A stretch of DNA of 63,825 nucleotides, counting the filler, from Octopus bimaculoides (taxonomy: Eukaryota): NCBI RefSeq assembly GCF_001194135.2. It is 7 parts of 5 records of this genome, joined end to end, with 100 filler letters (N's around TTAATTAATTAA, not from the genome) between each part and the next. Parts side by side here need not be neighbours in the genome. Positions count along the whole stretch, not along the records: positions 62,704 to 63,825 come from NC_068996.1; 6 more parts are not named here. One strand, 5' to 3'. Shown here in pieces: positions 63,799-63,825 of this stretch. Position 1 is the stretch's first letter. Every line of letters starts with the position of its first letter. The notes beneath the pieces are model-generated. The model searched no databases and was not told the origin of the DNA. It saw only the letters and a program-made list of their open reading frames with translations. The position numbers were made by a program, and so were the translations under genes.

Positions 63799-63825
<27 letters not shown>

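Overview
AT-rich, microsatellite- and gap-rich animal genomic DNA. The SINE/RTE/Penelope/mariner landscape suggests a coleoid cephalopod, most likely Octopus (inference). Two host genes are supported. (1) STAMBP/AMSH on +: three coding exons (44300-44496, 47779-47854, 51043-51135) encode the N-terminal MIT/USP8-dimerisation region; a probable promoter and non-coding first exon lie near 36.5 kb; the JAMM-domain exons are not visible (beyond the window or in gaps). (2) An apparently intact two-exon CXorf65/C22orf15-like gene (53481-53729 + 58069-58242, 140 aa), same strand, inside what should be a STAMBP intron. The rest is mostly decayed TEs: Penelope-like GIY-YIG elements, Gypsy, mariner, CR1, RTE, R4/Dong- and CRE-like LINEs, three tRNA-derived SINE families, MITE/foldback elements. 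Notable observations: three non-canonical hammerhead-ribozyme-like motifs in Penelope-type repeats (one inside a large inverted repeat), a perfect 40-bp palindrome, in-frame splice routes that could fuse host exons to a mariner HTH domain, and a CpG-decay footprint over the STAMBP gene body. No gene could be supported in 0-33 kb. Six N44-TTAATTAATTAA-N44 spacers are assembly artefacts, so long-range order is uncertain. TE coordinates are approximate; family assignments come from motif recognition, not database searches.
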